From Rubripirellula sp. (GTDB lineage: Bacteria; Planctomycetota; Planctomycetia; Pirellulales; Pirellulaceae), in NCBI GenBank assembly GCA_965216875.1, contig OZ244207.1, forward strand, positions 3,456,001 to 3,520,000: DNA of 64,000 nucleotides, in the 5' to 3' direction. Positions 28,493 through 37,780 of this stretch are shown piece after piece. A program made the translations under genes and the position numbers. The notes beneath the pieces are model-generated. The model was not told the origin of the DNA. It was given only the letters and a program-made list of their open reading frames with translations, and made no database searches. How positions within the stretch are numbered: position 1 is the stretch's first letter; each line of letters begins with the position of its first letter.

Positions 28493-29815
28493 ATGACATC
28501 CAGCGAGAACAACTCGACGCTTTCCTTTGAGACGGCTGCCGTTCGCAGTCGCTTGGTGAGTCAACGCAAGCTCGATCGCGTGATTGAGCTTGCTGGCACA
28601 GACGACACCAATGTCGTCGCCGCCACCTTGGTCAAAAGCGGCTTGCTGACGAAATACCAAGCGGAACAGCTCCGCGAAGGGCGGACCAAATTCAATCTCG
28701 GCCCCTACATCATCACCGACTATATCGGGGCCGGTGGCATGGGACGCGTCTACAAGGCGGTGCACGAAGTGATGGGGCGTGAGTGCGCCGTCAAGATGTT
28801 GCCTTCGGAACGTCTGAAAAAGAACGATGAAGCACGTGACAGTTTCATCCGCGAAATACGGCTCCAAGCAGGTCTCGATCACCCAAACGTTGTCCGCGCC
28901 TTCGATGCGGGCAAAGATGGCGAGATCCACTACCTGGTCACCGAGTTCGTTCCCGGCACCGACATGCGGAAGCTGATCAAGAACAACGGCGCGCTTTCGA
29001 TGAGCCACGCCGCGCTGATCGTTTCGCAAGCCGCTCATGGTCTGCAATACGCACATGACATCGGCTTGGTCCACCGGGATGTGAAACCGGGCAACATCCT
29101 GGTTACACCCGAAGGCCATGCAAAATTGTCCGACATCGGTCTGGCCGGATGGACGATGTCGCTCGGAGATGACCCGCGCAGTGGCAAGATCGTTGGAACT
29201 GCCGACTACTTGTCCCCCGAGGCCATCCGGACCCCTTCAGCCATTGGGCCGCTGGCCGACATCTATTCACTCGGCTGCACACTCTACTATGGCGTCACTG
29301 GGAAAGTTCCTTTCCCGGGTGGCGACTCAAAATCAAAATGCCGACGACACTGCGAACAATCGGCTTGGCACCCCGGCCGACTGGTCAACGGACTTTCCGA
29401 AGACTTCGTCGACTTGATTGCCGACATGATGGAAAAGGATCCGACGCGCCGCATCCAATCTGCTGCTGAGGTTGCCGAACGGCTTGAGGCGTGGACCAAT
29501 TCCGAAGATGAAGTGGTCGAACAACCACTTGATCGACAAGCCTGGACGCCGCCACCGCCGCCGCACGAGCCCTCGCAGATTGGTGAGTTCATCGATGACC
29601 CCACACTTCACAACTCAGGTGGACTGAGCGCCTCGGGCAACGCACTTTCCGATCCCGCCCCGCCGCCGCTTCCAAGCGACTGGCAACAAAACGATCTGAT
29701 CTTGCCACCTCAGCAGAGCCACGCGTTGCCCGTTGCGATCGCCGTTGCCATCACGATCCCGCTCAGCCTGTTGGTTGGTGCGATCATCGGGTTCGTCGTT
29801 CGCGGACAACTGTAG
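28493..29815 (+). CDS. Hanks-type Ser/Thr protein kinase with a C-terminal membrane anchor
   Basis: GAGGMGRVY, AVK, HRDVKPGN, DIGLA, GTADYLSPE, DIYSLG; Pro-rich linker and terminal TM. Confidence 0.95.
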   Translation: MTSSENNSTLSFETAAVRSRLVSQRKLDRVIELAGTDDTNVVAATLVKSGLLTKYQAEQLREGRTKFNLGPYIITDYIGAGGMGRVYKAVHEVMGRECAVKMLPSERLKKNDEARDSFIREIRLQAGLDHPNVVRAFDAGKDGEIHYLVTEFVPGTDMRKLIKNNGALSMSHAALIVSQAAHGLQYAHDIGLVHRDVKPGNILVTPEGHAKLSDIGLAGWTMSLGDDPRSGKIVGTADYLSPEAIRTPSAIGPLADIYSLGCTLYYGVTGKVPFPGGDSKSKCRRHCEQSAWHPGRLVNGLSEDFVDLIADMMEKDPTRRIQSAAEVAERLEAWTNSEDEVVEQPLDRQAWTPPPPPHEPSQIGEFIDDPTLHNSGGLSASGNALSDPAPPPLPSDWQQNDLILPPQQSHALPVAIAVAITIPLSLLVGAIIGFVVRGQL

Positions 29816-30124
29816 CATTCTGCTGTGCATGTTGCGGTTTGCGTCAGCAAACGCGTCGACAAACTTCTTCGACGTTCCTGTGTCTCAGTGTCGCGTCTCA
29901 GTCTCTTGAGCTTTGATGAAAGCCGACGGGGCGACGCAACACCGGCCATCCACCAGCTCCTTCATTTGCATTTCGAGTGATTTCCGACACCCGTGCGCGA
30001 GGATCGAAGCGTTTGACGAATGACTTCCTTCGGCAATCGCTCGTTCTGGCACATCGGTTGCATTGCGATCGCCCATCGTTTTCTACGCAAGAAACGACCA
30101 TTGTCACATTGGGGAAGCTACGCA

Positions 30125-31978
30125 ATGTTTCGATCGATTTTGATCACTGTTTGCATGCTCGCGTTTGCCGTAACCGCTCGCGGTGATGCCGACTCGCCGC
30201 AAAAGCTAACCGGCTCGATCGAGGCGGTGACGGTATATCAAGAACAAGCTTTGATCACCCGCCATGTCAAACTCGATACGGCGCCCAATGACCAGACACT
30301 GGCATCGGTCCACGTGACCAATCTTCCCAGCTCGCTGATTAACGACAGCCTCTACGCCGAGGCGGGTGATGGCACCACCGTCCGCGCGGTGCGCGTCGTC
30401 ACGACTGCGGGACGTTCGGATCGCAGTGCGGTGGACGAGCTCGAAACCGCGGGCAAAAAGATCACCCAGCAGCTTGCAGCCAAGCGCATGGAGATCGAAG
30501 TGCTTGACCAACAACGCCTCGCGATGGACCGGGCGTTCAGCTTTGCGGTCGAAAAAGGGAATAGTGACCTTAACCGTGGCTCGCTCGACGTCGATGCGCT
30601 CATTCAGATGAGCCAATACTGCGACCAGCAAAGGCAGGATCAGGCGACAACGCGCCTTCGCATTCAAAACGAAATCGAAGAGCTCGAACAATCACTCAAG
30701 CTCAATCAACTTCGTCTCGATCGCCTTGCAACCTCCGGAACAAAGACGCAAAGCGAAGCAATCGTCTTCATCGAAACAAAGCCAAGGATTGCCGGCGAGT
30801 TTCGGTTGCGATACCGAGTTTCCGATTGCAGTTGGATCCCGCAATACACCTTCTCGGGCTCTCGCGGCAGCGACCAATATGAGATGCGCTACGACGCATT
30901 GGTCACCCAGGCAAGCGGCGAAGACTGGAACGATGCCAAGCTCGTTTTGTCGACAGCGTCCGCAACACTCGATGCCGCAGGCCCGTTGCTGACACCGCTT
31001 CGTGTTCACACTTCGGAGTCGGAAAACGACTTGCGTTTCAAGACGGCCGAATCGATCAAACAACAAGTTCAATCGTTGCGCGATCAACAACGGGGTGCCG
31101 AGTCACATTCGATCTATGGTGGTGGCGGAGCGTTCACAACGTCGGTCCAACACCGTGACGTCACACTCAATTCACTCGCCGCGCAAATGCAGCGTATCGA
31201 GTTGTTGGCGACGTCCGACTCGGCCCGCAATCTGGCTCTGGACGCTTCCGAGAGCGTCAGCACTCAGACCTACGAGATCGCCGCCAAGGTCACACTGCCT
31301 TCGCGTCGCGACCAACAGCTGGTTCAAATCACGCACGCCAACTTGACCGGCAAGATGGATCATGTCGCCACGCCACTGCTTAGCAGCTATGCATACCGAC
31401 AAGCCCGTTTGACGAACCAGACCGAGATGGGGCTGATGAAAGGGAAAGCGATGGTTTACTTGGATGGTCGCTTTGTTGGGCAAACGGATGTCCCGCCAAC
31501 AGCCAGCGGCCAACGACTCATCGTTGGATTCGGTGCGGACCAGCAGATCCGAACTCGCCGAGAACTTCTCGCCAAACGTGATGAGATCCAAGGCGGCAAC
31601 CGCCAGCTCGAATTCGAATACCGGTTGGTCATCTCCAACTTCAAAGACCACCCAGTCGACGTGCGTGTGCTCGACAGACTGCCGATGGCAAAAGAATCAC
31701 AGTCCGTCTCGTTGCAGCTACAGCCGCCAAGGATTGCGTTGTCCGAGGATGCACTCTATTTGCGGTTGCAACGTCCTCAGGGAATCTTGCGTTGGGACGT
31801 AGCGGTCGAGCCTGGCAAACATGGCAGCAACGCGCTGGACATTGAATATCAATTTAGCGCTGCATTCGATCGCAACCGGCAATTGACAACCGAAGACATT
31901 GCATCGGTCCAGGACGATTACCGAATGGAACAATTCGGAGGCATGGGAGGAGGCGGCATGGGCGGGTTTGGCAACTAG
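30125..31978 (+). CDS. DUF4140/DUF4139 (mucoidy inhibitor MuiA-like) secreted protein
   Basis: Signal peptide; 'IEAVTVYQEQALITR', 'CSWIPQY', 'QASGEDWNDAKLVLSTA', 'VYLDGRFVG', 'GILRWDV'. Confidence 0.88.
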   Translation: MFRSILITVCMLAFAVTARGDADSPQKLTGSIEAVTVYQEQALITRHVKLDTAPNDQTLASVHVTNLPSSLINDSLYAEAGDGTTVRAVRVVTTAGRSDRSAVDELETAGKKITQQLAAKRMEIEVLDQQRLAMDRAFSFAVEKGNSDLNRGSLDVDALIQMSQYCDQQRQDQATTRLRIQNEIEELEQSLKLNQLRLDRLATSGTKTQSEAIVFIETKPRIAGEFRLRYRVSDCSWIPQYTFSGSRGSDQYEMRYDALVTQASGEDWNDAKLVLSTASATLDAAGPLLTPLRVHTSESENDLRFKTAESIKQQVQSLRDQQRGAESHSIYGGGGAFTTSVQHRDVTLNSLAAQMQRIELLATSDSARNLALDASESVSTQTYEIAAKVTLPSRRDQQLVQITHANLTGKMDHVATPLLSSYAYRQARLTNQTEMGLMKGKAMVYLDGRFVGQTDVPPTASGQRLIVGFGADQQIRTRRELLAKRDEIQGGNRQLEFEYRLVISNFKDHPVDVRVLDRLPMAKESQSVSLQLQPPRIALSEDALYLRLQRPQGILRWDVAVEPGKHGSNALDIEYQFSAAFDRNRQLTTEDIASVQDDYRMEQFGGMGGGGMGGFGN

Positions 31979-32015
31979 GGCCGGAGACCAGCGCTGTTGG
32001 ATCCCAATTGACTCA

Positions 32016-32885
32016 CTAAAGGTCAAGCACACGATCCATCTGTGCTGCAATCTCCGTCAAACGCGTTCGGTCGCCTCCTCTTACTTCGGCGGTCGCCCAA
32101 CCTTCGTAACCGATTTTCGCGAGCTGCAATCGCACCTTTGCCCATTCGATGCTGCCTTCACCGAGCGGCTTGTCGAACGCCTTGCGCATGCCTTCGTTCA
32201 TCGCAACGCTCAAGTCGTACTCTTTGATGTCCAGCTTCTTGACGCGGTCGCCAAGCACCTCCAGCCAATGCTCGGGCCAGCCCCAGCGAACCACATTGCC
32301 AACATCGAAATAGGCCGCGACCATTGGGCTGTCGAGTTCGTCTAGGTAGCGAGCCATGCCCATTGGCTCAATCAAGAAACTCGCCCAAACGTTTTCGACC
32401 AAGATCATCACACCGTGCTCTTCGGCGCGGTCGATGGCACGACGGATGATCTGCTGTGTTTGGGAGTAGTTGTCCGCGTAGGAGATCTTTTTGTTGTATC
32501 GCACAACGTGCAGCACCGAGCTTGCGCCGAGCCGCTTTGCTTGATCAATCGCGCCAATCAAATCGGGATTGCTCGAATGGATCAAACCGTGAATGGGCAA
32601 TCCCGTCTTCTGCGACGCCCGCTCATACGCATCGACGAGTGAGCCGTTCTTTTCCCCGAGCGCAGCGCGCGTTTCGATACCGTCGAAGCCCAGTTCCTTG
32701 ACCAAGCGGAATTTTCGTTCCACAGTTCGGTCTGAAGCGGCGTCCGTCTCGCCTGCATCAACCATATGAAGCTTGACGGCCTTCTTGATCTTGCCGGTAA
32801 ATTGCCCGGCCGACGCCTGTCGCGACTCCAATAATGCCGTCCCCATGGCCACGGACGTTCCAGCCAAGAATTCTCGTCGCCGCAT
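32016..32885 (-). CDS. Tat-exported sugar phosphate isomerase/epimerase (xylose-isomerase-like TIM barrel)
   Basis: 'RRREFL' Tat motif; 'GFDGIE', 'LVENVW', 'YFDVGNV', 'LDIKEY', 'ATAEV'. Confidence 0.88.
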   Translation of the reverse strand: MRRREFLAGTSVAMGTALLESRQASAGQFTGKIKKAVKLHMVDAGETDAASDRTVERKFRLVKELGFDGIETRAALGEKNGSLVDAYERASQKTGLPIHGLIHSSNPDLIGAIDQAKRLGASSVLHVVRYNKKISYADNYSQTQQIIRRAIDRAEEHGVMILVENVWASFLIEPMGMARYLDELDSPMVAAYFDVGNVVRWGWPEHWLEVLGDRVKKLDIKEYDLSVAMNEGMRKAFDKPLGEGSIEWAKVRLQLAKIGYEGWATAEVRGGDRTRLTEIAAQMDRVLDL

Positions 32886-32896
32886 CGACTTATGCC

Positions 32897-33451
32897 TCAC
32901 CTGGTCGGTTCATCGGTTTCGCTAGCGCCGGTTTGAACGACCGGGACGTCGTAGGTCGTCACCTCGCTGGCGAGCATTTGCTCGTCTTCGCCACCAGCAT
33001 GCTGGGAATTGCTCGCGTTTGCAGATATTCCGTGATCATCGTCGCGGAGATCATCTGACCTCTCATGTGTAAACTTCGAGTGCCGATAAAAAAAGTACTC
33101 TCCGCCGCCCCCTTCCCGGTACACCGCATACAGGTTGTGGGTGAGCGTGGGTAATCCTGACCGCCATTTGTAGACCTCGACCAGATCCGAACGGTCCCTG
33201 AACGTCTGCATCGGCTGGTGTCCAATCACCGTCGCAATATCCGCTTGGGTGAGCTGAGTCGCGGGATCACTTGCGCGTAACGCCGAAACTGCATCAAACG
33301 CCTGATTGACGCTTGGACGCGCAAACAAGAAGTCGTACGCCAGGCAAACCAGCGCGACGATGACCATTCCAAACAGAAACTGAAGGTACCGGCGGCGTCT
33401 TTCGCTGCGAGTGAGTTCACGCCAAAGGCTCGATTTGTACGAAGGAGCCAT
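32897..33451 (-). CDS. Hypothetical membrane-anchored protein
   Basis: Single TM after a basic N-terminus; 'VEVYKWRSGLP'; abuts the epimerase gene. Confidence 0.65.
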   Translation of the reverse strand: MAPSYKSSLWRELTRSERRRRYLQFLFGMVIVALVCLAYDFLFARPSVNQAFDAVSALRASDPATQLTQADIATVIGHQPMQTFRDRSDLVEVYKWRSGLPTLTHNLYAVYREGGGGEYFFYRHSKFTHERSDDLRDDDHGISANASNSQHAGGEDEQMLASEVTTYDVPVVQTGASETDEPTR

Positions 33452-33726
33452 GTCCAGACAACTTATCGGGGGCAAGAGTAGGTGAAAATCAAGTCTAGCG
33501 CAATGAAGACGGCGACGTAGAGGCATCATGCAAAAGGAGATGCCCGGGGTCAAATCCCTTCGATAAGTTTTCCTATCATCCCCCGATCACGAGTGGTGTG
33601 CAGATGGACAGACCATGTGAAGCGTCCAACGGTCCGGTTCGCTCCGAAACACACTCAGCCTCGAACCGGGATCTGAAATACAGGCCAGTAGCGTCGCCGC
33701 AGAACACCCAATTTGATTTGTGCTAC

Positions 33727-34146
33727 TCACGCTGCTTCCCCAACATTGAACTTCCAGCAAACGCCAAATCGGTCGACAACGATCCCGTACATCGAGGTGA
33801 ACGTCGCTTCGGCGAGTGGGATCACGACCTTGCCCTGCTCGGCAAGTGCGTTGAACATTTCCCTGGCTCGGTCCGGCGAATCCAACCGCAGCGCGAGTGC
33901 AAAGCCGTCGAATTGCGGTGTCGTGTTTTCCTCTGCCACTCCGACGTCGCTAGCCATGATCACCGTTTCATCGATTCGAAACGTGGCGTGGAATACCAAG
34001 TCTTCCATCCCTGGAATGACGTGCGATTGATCTGGTGAATCACGGAATCGCATCAGGAACATCGTTTCCGCACCGAGAGCCTCACCGTAAAGCTTGAGAG
34101 CCGCTTCCGTTTGGCCTTTGAAGTTAAGCGTCGTGACAATGGGCAT
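33727..34146 (-). CDS. VOC family protein (PhnB/glyoxalase-like)
   Basis: 'LNFKGQTEAALKLY', 'VFHATF', 'IMASD', 'LAEQGKV..PL', 'YGIVVDRFGVCW'. Confidence 0.9.
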   Translation of the reverse strand: MPIVTTLNFKGQTEAALKLYGEALGAETMFLMRFRDSPDQSHVIPGMEDLVFHATFRIDETVIMASDVGVAEENTTPQFDGFALALRLDSPDRAREMFNALAEQGKVVIPLAEATFTSMYGIVVDRFGVCWKFNVGEAA

Positions 34147-34198
34147 CTTGGTGCTCGATCTCTGCGTGTGCGATTGGAAGAAATAAGTGTGGCCCGTC

Positions 34199-34831
34199 TC
34201 ATGACAAGGACACCAAACGTTCGACGATCGCTTCTTCAGCTATTCGGAAATCGTTCAACGTGAGCTGAAACCCACGTCGCATCCCGCCGCGAGGATCCCA
34301 AGCGATCAGCCGCAACAGAGCGAGAATCGCAGGTCCGTCCGACTGACCGTCAAGCCGGCGAATGAGCCACTTGCCGTAGGCAACGTAGGCCGAATGTCTG
34401 CGCATCGCGTCATTGCGGACGACGCCTTCTGCCTCTTGCACGTCCAACTCCAACTGACGTTCGCTCGCCAATTCAAGAACCGATTCTACCATCAGGAACT
34501 CGGCGCGGCGTTTGTCGCGAGCGTAAAGCTTCTTGACCTGCAGGTGTGGCGCATTGACGATCCGCAAACAGATTTCGCATCGACAGCCAAAAGACGATAC
34601 CGGCCCTTCACCTCGCATACCGGGCCTCTCGATCACGTCGAACGAAGAGATGAGAAACGTGCTGAAGAACGACGCGAAGGCATCGACGTTACGTCGCGGA
34701 GGCCGAAGGTGCTCGGGAATCAAATCATAGTGCCGAGTCAGCCAGTCGATTGCGACGTTTGTGTCGCCGCTATGGTGCGCTGCCCGAGATGGCTGGATCA
34801 AACCGTCGCCAATGGCGTCGCTGATCCACAT
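34199..34831 (-). CDS. Hypothetical protein (true start may lie upstream)
   Basis: 210-aa ORF co-oriented with its neighbours; contains a CxCxxC motif (GCRCEIC). Confidence 0.65.
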   Translation of the reverse strand: MWISDAIGDGLIQPSRAAHHSGDTNVAIDWLTRHYDLIPEHLRPPRRNVDAFASFFSTFLISSFDVIERPGMRGEGPVSSFGCRCEICLRIVNAPHLQVKKLYARDKRRAEFLMVESVLELASERQLELDVQEAEGVVRNDAMRRHSAYVAYGKWLIRRLDGQSDGPAILALLRLIAWDPRGGMRRGFQLTLNDFRIAEEAIVERLVSLS

Positions 34832-34947
34832 CAGTAAACCATAGCTCTGATCGCGTGTTGCGATCGCTTCCGCGAGTCTTTTGTAGTCGAAGTTGAGAAT
34901 CCTCTTCGGTTTGCCCGCACGTCGAATGTGTATACGCGTGCGAGCGA

Positions 34948-35466
34948 TCAGTTCAAGCGAATCTTGAGCCCCATGTCCTTCATCTTCAAAAGGGCCTCAG
35001 CGTTACCACGAGCATCGTCAACGGGATCGTGCGTGTGTTTGGTCTCACGCAGATGTTTGAAATTGACGAACGTGTCCTGCTGCATCCCTCTGTAAAGCGA
35101 ACCTAAGTTGGTCGAACTAAACCCAAACGGATTGGCCCCGAGGAAGTGATGGAAATACCAATTGACGAACTGCCAATCAAACCCGTTGTTGTCAGAAACG
35201 AACATCAATCGGCCGCTCGAGTTGCTCGAAAGCCAGTCTCGAAACTTTGCCATCACCACCTGCGGCTCGTCAAACTCGAGGCATTCTTCGCGGGAGAATC
35301 CGCTCACTGCAAGTGCTTCGGGAACGAACGCCTCGGAGATTGGCTTCAGTTTGCCATAAAACGATCGCGACAATCCTGGTTCAACGATGATCGCGCCGAA
35401 ACAGATCATCGAATAGTCGCCGGGAATCGGACCGTCCGATTCAATATCAACCATGACATAGGGCAT
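34948..35466 (-). CDS. DEDDh 3'-5' exonuclease (RNase AS/Rv2179c-like)
   Basis: Exo I 'VDIESDG', Exo II 'NNGFDW', Exo III 'HTHDPVDDA'. Confidence 0.85.
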   Translation of the reverse strand: MPYVMVDIESDGPIPGDYSMICFGAIIVEPGLSRSFYGKLKPISEAFVPEALAVSGFSREECLEFDEPQVVMAKFRDWLSSNSSGRLMFVSDNNGFDWQFVNWYFHHFLGANPFGFSSTNLGSLYRGMQQDTFVNFKHLRETKHTHDPVDDARGNAEALLKMKDMGLKIRLN

Positions 35467-35571
35467 GAAACCATCTCACTGGTGGGTTGAGCCAAGATTG
35501 AGATATCAGAGGCAATCGAGAAAGAAAGGTTCGCTGAAACGTGCGCCGTACGCGCTGGTGGTTTCCACTTA

Positions 35572-35680
35572 TCACCCTCCCGCTTGCGGGAGGGTCGGGC
35601 GCTAAAGCCCGGGGAGGGAATGATTGTTGCAAAACGGCCCCTCTCCGGGTCTTAGAGCCCGACTCTCCCAAGGGAGAGTT
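35572..35680. repeat. Nested double-hairpin intergenic element (CCCTCCC/GGGAGGG type)
   Basis: ACCCTCCCGC-TT-GCGGGAGGGT, CGGGC..GCCCG-GGGAGGG ... CCCTCTCCGGG..CCCGACTCTCCC-AA-GGGAGAGT. Confidence 0.75.
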
Positions 35681-35728
35681 TTAGTGCGTTCCAACAATCA
35701 CCCTCCTCCTTCGTTGGCCTAGCCGTGA

Positions 35729-36685
35729 TCACTGCTGGACGCGTTTGAGGAACTTGAAGATGTCACTATCGGTGGTCATGATCATCGTGCTGTCGCGATC
35801 GAGCATCTCCTGATAGGTCTCCATGGTCTTCATGAACTCATAGAATTCGGCCGATTCTTCACTCTGGTTGTAGGCGGCGGCATAGATTTCGGTCGCCTTT
35901 GCGTCGGCGGCCCCCTGAATCTGTTGAACCTGCTTGTAGGCTTCCGACTCAATTTTCAGCAGATCGCGTTCCTTCTTACCAGTGATCTTGGCTGCTTCGC
36001 CAGCACCTTCGCTGCGAAATCGTTCGGCAATTTGCTCGCGTTCACTGATCATTCGTTCGTAGATACGACGGCGAACACTCTCGTTGTAGTTGATGCGTTT
36101 GAAACGGATATCGAGCAGTTCGATACCAAAGTCGTTCAACTTCCCGGCCGCTTTTTCAAAGATCTGTTGCTCGATCGCGGCGCGACCGTTGGTGATCGGA
36201 TAAAGCTGCCCCATCGTCGTCGGCGCTCCGGTCAGCGTAGCGTCCTGTGATGGCACACGATCTTTGGTCGTTCGAATCACTTCGATCAATTCGTTCTTGG
36301 CAATCGCATTGCGTGTTTCACTGCCGAGGATGTCATCAAGTCGTGACTGGGCGCTTCTTTCATCGCGAAGTCGCAGAAAGAATTGCTTCGCATCATTGAC
36401 TCGCCAGCGTCCAAAAGTGTCAACGACAATGTAAGTCTTGTCTTTAGTCGGCATTTCGTTGGGACGCCCGTCCCATTCAAGAATCCGCTTTTCGATGCGC
36501 GTCACTTCTTGAATGAACGGGACTTTGAAATGCAAACCAGCATCGACAACAGGATCGCCGACAGGCTTTCCAAATTGTGTCACGATGACCTGTTCGGTTT
36601 CATGAACCGTATAGGCGGCAGCATAAATGACAAAGGCCAATGCCAATCCACCAACGATCAACACGGGGGCAGGCAGTTTTTTCAT
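35729..36685 (-). CDS. hflC: Protease modulator HflC
   Basis: 'VTQFGKPV', 'GLHFKVPFIQ', 'FGIELLDIRFKRIN', 'IYERMISER..IAERFRSEG', 'EFYEFMKTMETY'. Confidence 0.93.
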   Translation of the reverse strand: MKKLPAPVLIVGGLALAFVIYAAAYTVHETEQVIVTQFGKPVGDPVVDAGLHFKVPFIQEVTRIEKRILEWDGRPNEMPTKDKTYIVVDTFGRWRVNDAKQFFLRLRDERSAQSRLDDILGSETRNAIAKNELIEVIRTTKDRVPSQDATLTGAPTTMGQLYPITNGRAAIEQQIFEKAAGKLNDFGIELLDIRFKRINYNESVRRRIYERMISEREQIAERFRSEGAGEAAKITGKKERDLLKIESEAYKQVQQIQGAADAKATEIYAAAYNQSEESAEFYEFMKTMETYQEMLDRDSTMIMTTDSDIFKFLKRVQQ

Positions 36686-37671
36686 CGTCCGCTCCTCGAG
36701 CTTTCGGGTGACAATTGCAAGAGAGGCAACACCGAACTGGCGTTGTCATCGAGAATGATTTTCTTTCCAAGGTTCGGCACCACTTGCCGCATCGTTTCGA
36801 TGTAGATGCGTTGCTTGGTGACCTCGGGCGCCTTCACGTACTCGGCCAAGACTGCATTGAAACGTGCCACATCCCCTTCCGCTTCGTTAACGCGTTTCAG
36901 TGCGTATCCTTCAGCAGCCTGCAGCTTTTGTTCTGCCTCACCGCTCGCTTTGGGAACGACCTTGTTGTATTCCCCGTTTGCGATGTTGATCAGTTTCTCG
37001 CGTTCTTGCTGAGCCTGGTTCACTTCGTTAAAGGACGGCTGAACAGGAATCGGTGGGTTTACGTTTTTGAGCTGCACCTGGTCGATGCACAGCCCAAGTT
37101 CATACTTCTTGACCAAGAACTGGAGCTGTGTCAGCGCATCGGCTTCGATTTCCTGTCGCCCAATCGTGATCACCTCGTCGACCGTTCGATCACCGACGAC
37201 CGTCCGCATCACCGACTCCGAAATGTCTCGGAGCGTCAAACCGGGTTCGCGAACTTTGAAAAGGTACGACTCAGGTTGTTCGATTCGGTACTGAATCACC
37301 CATTCGACCGTCGCAGTATTCAGGTCACCGGTGACCATGCTCTTTTCTTGCTCTTGCTCAGTCGACATTTGCGTCACGTTGGTGGCACCGGGAGTACCAA
37401 AACCAAACTCCTGCTTGAGCTGTCGACGCACAGGCACGATTTCGACGCTATCAATCCCAAAGGGAAGCTTGAACCTCAATCCAGGATCAACGGTTTTCAC
37501 GTACCGGCCAAACCGCAACACCACGCCCTGCGATTCTGCTTGGACGGTGTAGATCGAAGTGAACACGAGGATGGCCAAGGCGACCAGCGGAACGATCCAG
37601 ACCAGATAGCCTCGATAGCCCTCCCAGTCCTGCCAATCGACGGGCCGTCGGTTGTCGGAATCAAAACTCAT
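36682..37671 (-). CDS. hflK: Protease modulator HflK
   Basis: 'GVVLRFG', 'MVTGDLN', 'VNPPIPVQPSFNEVNQAQQE', 'AEGDVARF...EYVKAPEVTKQRIYIETM'; overlaps hflC by 4 bp. Confidence 0.93.
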   Translation of the reverse strand: MSFDSDNRRPVDWQDWEGYRGYLVWIVPLVALAILVFTSIYTVQAESQGVVLRFGRYVKTVDPGLRFKLPFGIDSVEIVPVRRQLKQEFGFGTPGATNVTQMSTEQEQEKSMVTGDLNTATVEWVIQYRIEQPESYLFKVREPGLTLRDISESVMRTVVGDRTVDEVITIGRQEIEADALTQLQFLVKKYELGLCIDQVQLKNVNPPIPVQPSFNEVNQAQQEREKLINIANGEYNKVVPKASGEAEQKLQAAEGYALKRVNEAEGDVARFNAVLAEYVKAPEVTKQRIYIETMRQVVPNLGKKIILDDNASSVLPLLQLSPESSRSGR

Positions 37672-37780
37672 GACGATTTCAGCTCAGCTGGTGAATTCAA
37701 AATGAAGTGTGCACAGGTCGGGGTCTACTCCAACGAATGCCAAAAACTATAGGTCGCGAACCGTTGTTCGGAGGTTGGGA

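Noticed and set aside
33727..35466. Anti-phage defence island (exonuclease + CxCxxC hypothetical + VOC)
   Set aside because: There are no recognisable defence domains, integrase, att sites or mobility genes; the exonuclease and VOC families are commonly housekeeping or accessory.
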